Shown in pieces: positions 59,022 to 64,000 of a DNA stretch of 64,000 bases (the stretch's first letter is position 1; each line of letters starts with the position of its first letter). This DNA comes from Octopus vulgaris (Eukaryota). The notes beneath the pieces are model-generated. The model ran no database searches. It saw only the letters and a list, made by a program, of their open reading frames with translations, and had not been told where the DNA came from. The position numbers were made by a program, and so were the translations under genes. Location of the stretch: NCBI GenBank assembly GCA_951406725.2, contig OX597830.1:21576001-21640000 (forward strand). Reading direction: 5' to 3'.

Positions 59022-60035
59022 CATACATACATACATACATACAAGCATACATATATACATACATGCATATATCCATACATACACACATACATACAAATAT
59101 ATATATATATATATATACATAGAGCTTCCCAAATCATTAATATCCGGTGAATGAGTGAATACAAAATGGTCTCTTCATTTCGGGCTTCGCACACGATCCA
59201 TTTGTTGCATCTCCTTCCTTGGTGGGTTCCGTGGGCCCCGAGTTCTTCTTCCAACCCAAGTTAATGTCGGAGTTGTTTTTCGTCTCGAAGCAGATACTCA
59301 CAGGTTTGTGCGCAGTATCGTCCTAATCTGGCTGCCTTCGAAGGCTCCTGGACCCAGATTGCCATTCCTGTAGTACCGCCGGTGTAGCTGTGTAACAGGA
59401 TTTGATCTTGGTCATAAGAAATCAGTTACTCCTGAGCGCATTATTCATGTACCGCCCTTACAGACATGATGATAATATCACACACACAAAAAAAACTGTA
59501 TTAAGATAATACTTTCTAATGCCTGAAATTTTCTCGGTGGGGAGGACTTAGTCGATTACATCGACCCCAGTTACTCAATTATTGTCCCCAAAATGGCGAA
59601 AGGCAAAATCGACCTAAGCGGAATTTGAACCCAGGACATACAGCTGAAAGAAATTCCACTGAGCGTTTTGCGCCGCGTGCTAACGATTCATCCATCTCAC
59701 CGCCTTAAAAATTGCGTTAACAGTAATGGTTTCAAACTTTAGCATAAAACCGTTAATTTTATGGAGTAGGTCTTAGTTTCATGGTTAACCATTTAATTAT
59801 TTAATCATGGTTAATCATTTAATCATTTAATCATTTAAATTTGCATGTTTTCAAAATAACTGAGGACTGAACTTAAACCAGTTTCATATCGTATATCTGA
59901 GAGGATTAGTCATCATCGGTCGTGTTCATGCGACATCTTACAAGAAGCAAATCAGTTCAGTAAAGGTTCCGCCAGTGCAACATAGCAAGACAGCTCACCA
60001 GTTATATAATAATGTATTATTATACAATAATCTGA

Positions 60036-60312
60036 GGAGGCACATGGCCTAGTGGTTAGAGTAGCGGACTCGCGGTCGAGGGATCGCGGGTTCGAATCTC
60101 AGACCGGGCTATGTGTGTGTTTATGAGCGAAAATACCTAAACTCCACGCGGCTTCGGCAGAAGGTAATGGCGAACTTCTACCGACTCTTTCGCCACAACT
60201 TTCTCTCACTCTTTCCTCCTGCGACGAACCGGCGTCCTGTCCAGATGGGGAACCTATACGCCGAGAAAACCGGCCCTTATGAGCCAGGTGTGGCCCGAGA
60301 AGGAACAAACAA
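60036..60312 (+). mobile_element. Full SINE-C with tail type 2
   Basis: A-box TGGCCTAGTGG, B-box GGTTCGAATCT, core CTCTTTCGCCACAACTTTCTCTCACTCTT. Confidence 0.85.
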
Positions 60313-60316
60313 TACT

Positions 60317-60709
60317 ATACTCTTTTACTTGTTTCAGTCATTTGACTGTCGCCATGCTGGAGCACCGCCTTTAGTCGAGCAAATCGGCCCAGGACTTATT
60401 CTTTGGAAGCCTAGTACTTATTCTATTGGTCACTTTTGTCGAACCGCTAAGTTACATAAACACACCAGCATCGGTTGTCAAGTGATGTTGGGGGGACAAA
60501 CACAGACACAAAAACATATACACACACACACACACACACATATATACGATGGGCTTCTTTCAGTTTCCGTCTACCAAATTCACTCACAAGGCTTTGGTCG
60601 GCCCGAGGCTATAGTAGAAGACACTTGCCCAAGGAACCACGGAGTTTGACTGAACCCGGAACCATGTAGTTGGTAAGCAAGCTACTTACCACACAGCCAC
60701 TCCTACGCC
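60317..60709 (-). mobile_element. Full-length SINE-B
   Basis: Colinear with 44875-45241. Head GGCGTAGGAGTGGCTGTGTGGTAAG. Confidence 0.85.
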
Positions 60710-60924
60710 TATAATCTATCATTTTTATATTAATAATATATTATCAGGGCGTATGGCCGCGTGGTTAGGATATTGCGCTCACGATCGCGAGAGAGGCTCA
60801 CATTAGACTCGAGAGACTAACATGCATACGATAATATATATTAGAGATAATGACAGTATTTTACCGAGAAGTAATATTTGTTCTCACGTACAATAATACA
60901 TTATTTAGTATAATAACAATCTGT

Positions 60925-61075
60925 TCACAACATATGAATGAGAAAGGAAGGGGGGATGGCAAACTTGGTAGTGGCATGATGGAAGTTCTACGGTGAAAAA
61001 GAAATCAAACAGCGTTTCAACTCTGCCTGAGTATATGCGTGTGTGTATGTAAAAGGGAGTCATGTGAATGCTTGT

Positions 61076-61121
<46 letters not shown>

Positions 61122-62680
61122 AAGGGAAGTATGTGAATTTTTGTATCTGTGATTATTTTATACTTTATTTATATATAAGACTAGCTGGCCCCGTGCCGTC
61201 AAAAATGAGGGGTAATTGTAGTATTTTATATATATATATGGATGGTAAATCTAATTAATACACTTGCCAATATTATCTAATGGTTGTCTTTGAGATGTGA
61301 CATCGATCAGCGTTTGTTACTGAAAGAAAGAAGACTGGTTGACAGATACAAACATTCACATACTTCCCTTGTACACATACACACACATATATACTCACAC
61401 AGAGTTGAAACACAGAGTTCTTTGATTTTCCTTTTCAGCGTTGAACGTTCACCATCCCACTTCCATTGAACACAAACACACACACACAAACACACACACA
61501 CACACACACACGCACACACACACACATTCACATGACTCACTTTTACATACACACACATATACTCACACACGTGTAGAACTTCCATCATCCCACTACCAAG
61601 TTTACCATCACCCCTTCCTCCCTTATTCACCTATCACCCCTTCCTTCCTTATTCATCAACACAGGAGTGTTACTATAGTAGATGCTTCAATTATGTTTCT
61701 TTATTAGCAACACTGGGTTGAACACAGAGGGGACAAATTACAAAGTAGAGCTTTTCTTTGGGGGGAGAAAACAAAGGGGCGGTAGATTTTCGATCAAAAG
61801 GGATCGTAAAAAAAACGATCAATAGGGATCGTGTATCACAGAAATGTCATGATGTAAAGTGTAAAGGGGGTAACAGATAAGGTTTATCCGTGGAAAGAAA
61901 AGCCTATGGAAAAGACCACGGTAACCTCGGTCAATAATGTAACATGTTGACACATCTATACGCAAGTAAGTAATCCTCTGTTTTAAATTTTTCCGGGTTC
62001 ATAGGATTATGCTCAAGGTGGCTTCGTCATTCATACGTGCCATCCTTCCTATATTCACCCATCTTTTTTTGAAACATTTGCTAGACAACACTTGCATCTC
62101 TACTCTCACTTCTCTTTTCAAGTGATACTTGAAGAAGTTGATGAGAGATTGACCAGAGAGGAAAGTGTTTGTCTCTAATCCTTTCAGACGCTTTCACACG
62201 GCACGGAGCCAGTTAATCCACTATAAAGCTCTTGTGTTTTTGTCCGTCACAACATATAAATGAGAAAGGAAGGGGTGATTGATTAATAAGGAAGGGGTGA
62301 TTGATGAATAAGGACGGAAGTGGTGATTGATGAATAAGGAAGGAAGGAGTGATTGATGGATAATGAAGGAAGTGGGGATGGTGAAAAAATCAAACAGCGT
62401 TTCAACTCTGCGTGAGTATATGTGTGTGTATGTAAAAGTGAGTCATGTGATTATGTGTGTGTGCGTGTGCGTGCATGCGCACACAATGGAAGTGGGATGG
62501 TGAGCATTCAATGCTGAAAAGAAAAATCAAACAGCGTTTCAACTCTGTGTGAGTATATGTCTGTATGTGTGTGCGAGTACAAAGGAAGTATGTGAATGTT
62601 TGTATCTGATTATTATGTACCTTATTTATAAATAAAATACTACAGTTAGCCGTCATTTTTGACGGCACGGGGCTAGCTAG
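60925..62680. mobile_element. Three clustered copies of a non-autonomous Helitron-like element (+ 60925-61180, - 61181-61640, + 62245-62680)
   Basis: Shared internal blocks. 3' hairpin GCCGTCATTTTTGACGGC (62649-62666) then CTAG|T (62677-62681), with a mirror end at 61181. Confidence 0.7.
61696..62193 (-). mobile_element. L1/Tx1-like LINE 3' end (ORF2 C-terminus plus 3' UTR)
   Basis: 62193-61999 translates KRLKGLETNTFLSGQSLINFFKYHLKREVRVEMQVLSSKCFKKRWVNIGRMARMNDEATLSIIL*. The UTR ends TTTGTCCCCTCTGTGTTCAACCCAGTGTTGCTAATAAAGAAA. Confidence 0.65.
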
Positions 62681-62898
62681 TTATACTATAATCTATAATC
62701 TATACGCTAAGGCCAAACCTGTGACGCTGTCATGTGGTTAGTTGAAGGAAGAAGCGATAAAGAGACAGAAGAACGTTATCAATGAGAGAAAGAAGAAATG
62801 GATTGCTGTTACGTTTTGTGGTTAAATAGTTGGAAGAGGTAGAGAGAAAGAGAAAGACAAGGTGTTTAGCGCAGGATGTGTGGCATGGTTGAAAGGAG

Positions 62899-62969
<71 letters not shown>

Positions 62970-63169
62970 GTGAGAGAGGAAGAAAGTATGTGGTGGGTAT
63001 TTACTGAGATTGTACCTTCAATACTACCCATGTAGACTTTTGTACCATCTGAAGAATTAAATGCGTCATAAAATACAGTTTCGTCTTAGAATTTTCAAAA
63101 TGGCCGTGGAATTTCCACGAGTACAGCGAATGTATTAATAATGTACTTTACTGTTATATATTAATCTCT

Positions 63170-63370
63170 CTTATCTTTTATGCGTTTCAGTCATTGGACT
63201 GCGGTCATGCTGTGGAACCGCCTTAAAGCGTTTAATCAAACAAATCGCCCACGCTACTTATTTTTAAAAGTTTGGCATTTATTCTGTCGCTCTGTATTGC
63301 CGAACCGTTAAGTTATAAGGACGTAATTAAGCCAACACTGCCGGTCAAGCGATTAGGACGGAACAAACAC
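63170..63370 (-). mobile_element. Degenerate SINE-B 3' module
   Basis: GTTTCAGTCATTGGACTGCGGTCATGCTG..GCCGAACCGTTAAGTTA. Confidence 0.65.
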
Positions 63371-64000
63371 ACACACGCGCACACACAGAGGAATTTCTTA
63401 GTCACCACATATTTGTGTATATCTAAAGATAAACGTTAAAAATGTTACACTAATGATGCTACAGTCTTTTCCATTGCTTCAAGTATTGTGTTTCATACAA
63501 TCATTGTCAAGGACTTTTACAGATTTCATATCACCATACTTAATATATTTGTGCAAGGTTTATATTTGTTAAATGATCGTTTGAGTGACGTTTATGAGTT
63601 TACGTTATTTTATGGATGTCCATGAATGTCATAAAGTTTGAAATAATTTCACTTGGAGGTTTTTCAATTCACGATATTACAAATGTGTGACCTGATAGTA
63701 TTTACTTTCAGTAACTTTTATTTATCTATTCATTTATTATTTTTTTATTTTATTTATTTTTTTTTCATTTACTCCATTTTAATATCCAGGTCAACTCTGA
63801 TCGAACTGTGATGAAATGCGTTCCAGCTAGTATAATCACTCAGAGTTTATTTTCAGATGTAGTCCCACCTCGGACTACATTATCAGATCATACCCTAACA
63901 TCTTTGAAGGGAATTTGTCTGTTGTTTCTAGCAGGTCGAGTTACCACCTTGTTGAGGCTGAAGGATTTGAGATTAATAAATATGGCTTCCGATATTTTTT

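Noticed and set aside
59150-59460. GC-balanced segment that looks like an exon (also 14560-14790 and 3720-4050)
   Set aside because: The frames examined gave only short or stop-interrupted peptides with no recognisable protein and no consistent splice sites. A small exon cannot be excluded without RNA data.

Overview
This is eukaryotic, AT-rich, microsatellite-saturated intergenic or intronic DNA. It most likely comes from an octopus (coleoid cephalopod), inferred from the SINE families, the microsatellite density and a GC-rich divergent 18S fragment. No host protein-coding exon can be supported, and nearly all listed ORFs are translations of simple repeats. The recognisable content is: (i) several 5'-truncated R4/Dong-type non-LTR retrotransposons with a restriction-like endonuclease (RLE), strung through (TAA)n tracts, one with an intact 355-codon ORF next to a ~2.3-kb (TAA)n array; (ii) a second RLE lineage embedded in (TACA)n; (iii) three tRNA-derived SINE families (working names A, B, C), an L1/Tx1-type LINE 3' end, Penelope-like remnants with hammerhead-ribozyme motifs, Helitron-like and Tc1/mariner non-autonomous elements, and a 3' 18S rRNA pseudogene. 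The best novel-system candidate is SINE-A. Its tail matches the 3' end of the Tx1-like LINE. Two tail variants are consistently followed by two different target motifs (GGTATT vs AGAA), both of which lie inside SINE heads. This suggests sequence-directed self-targeting that seeds precise 184-bp SINE concatemers. All alignments, translations and folds were done by eye, and most boundaries are approximate.
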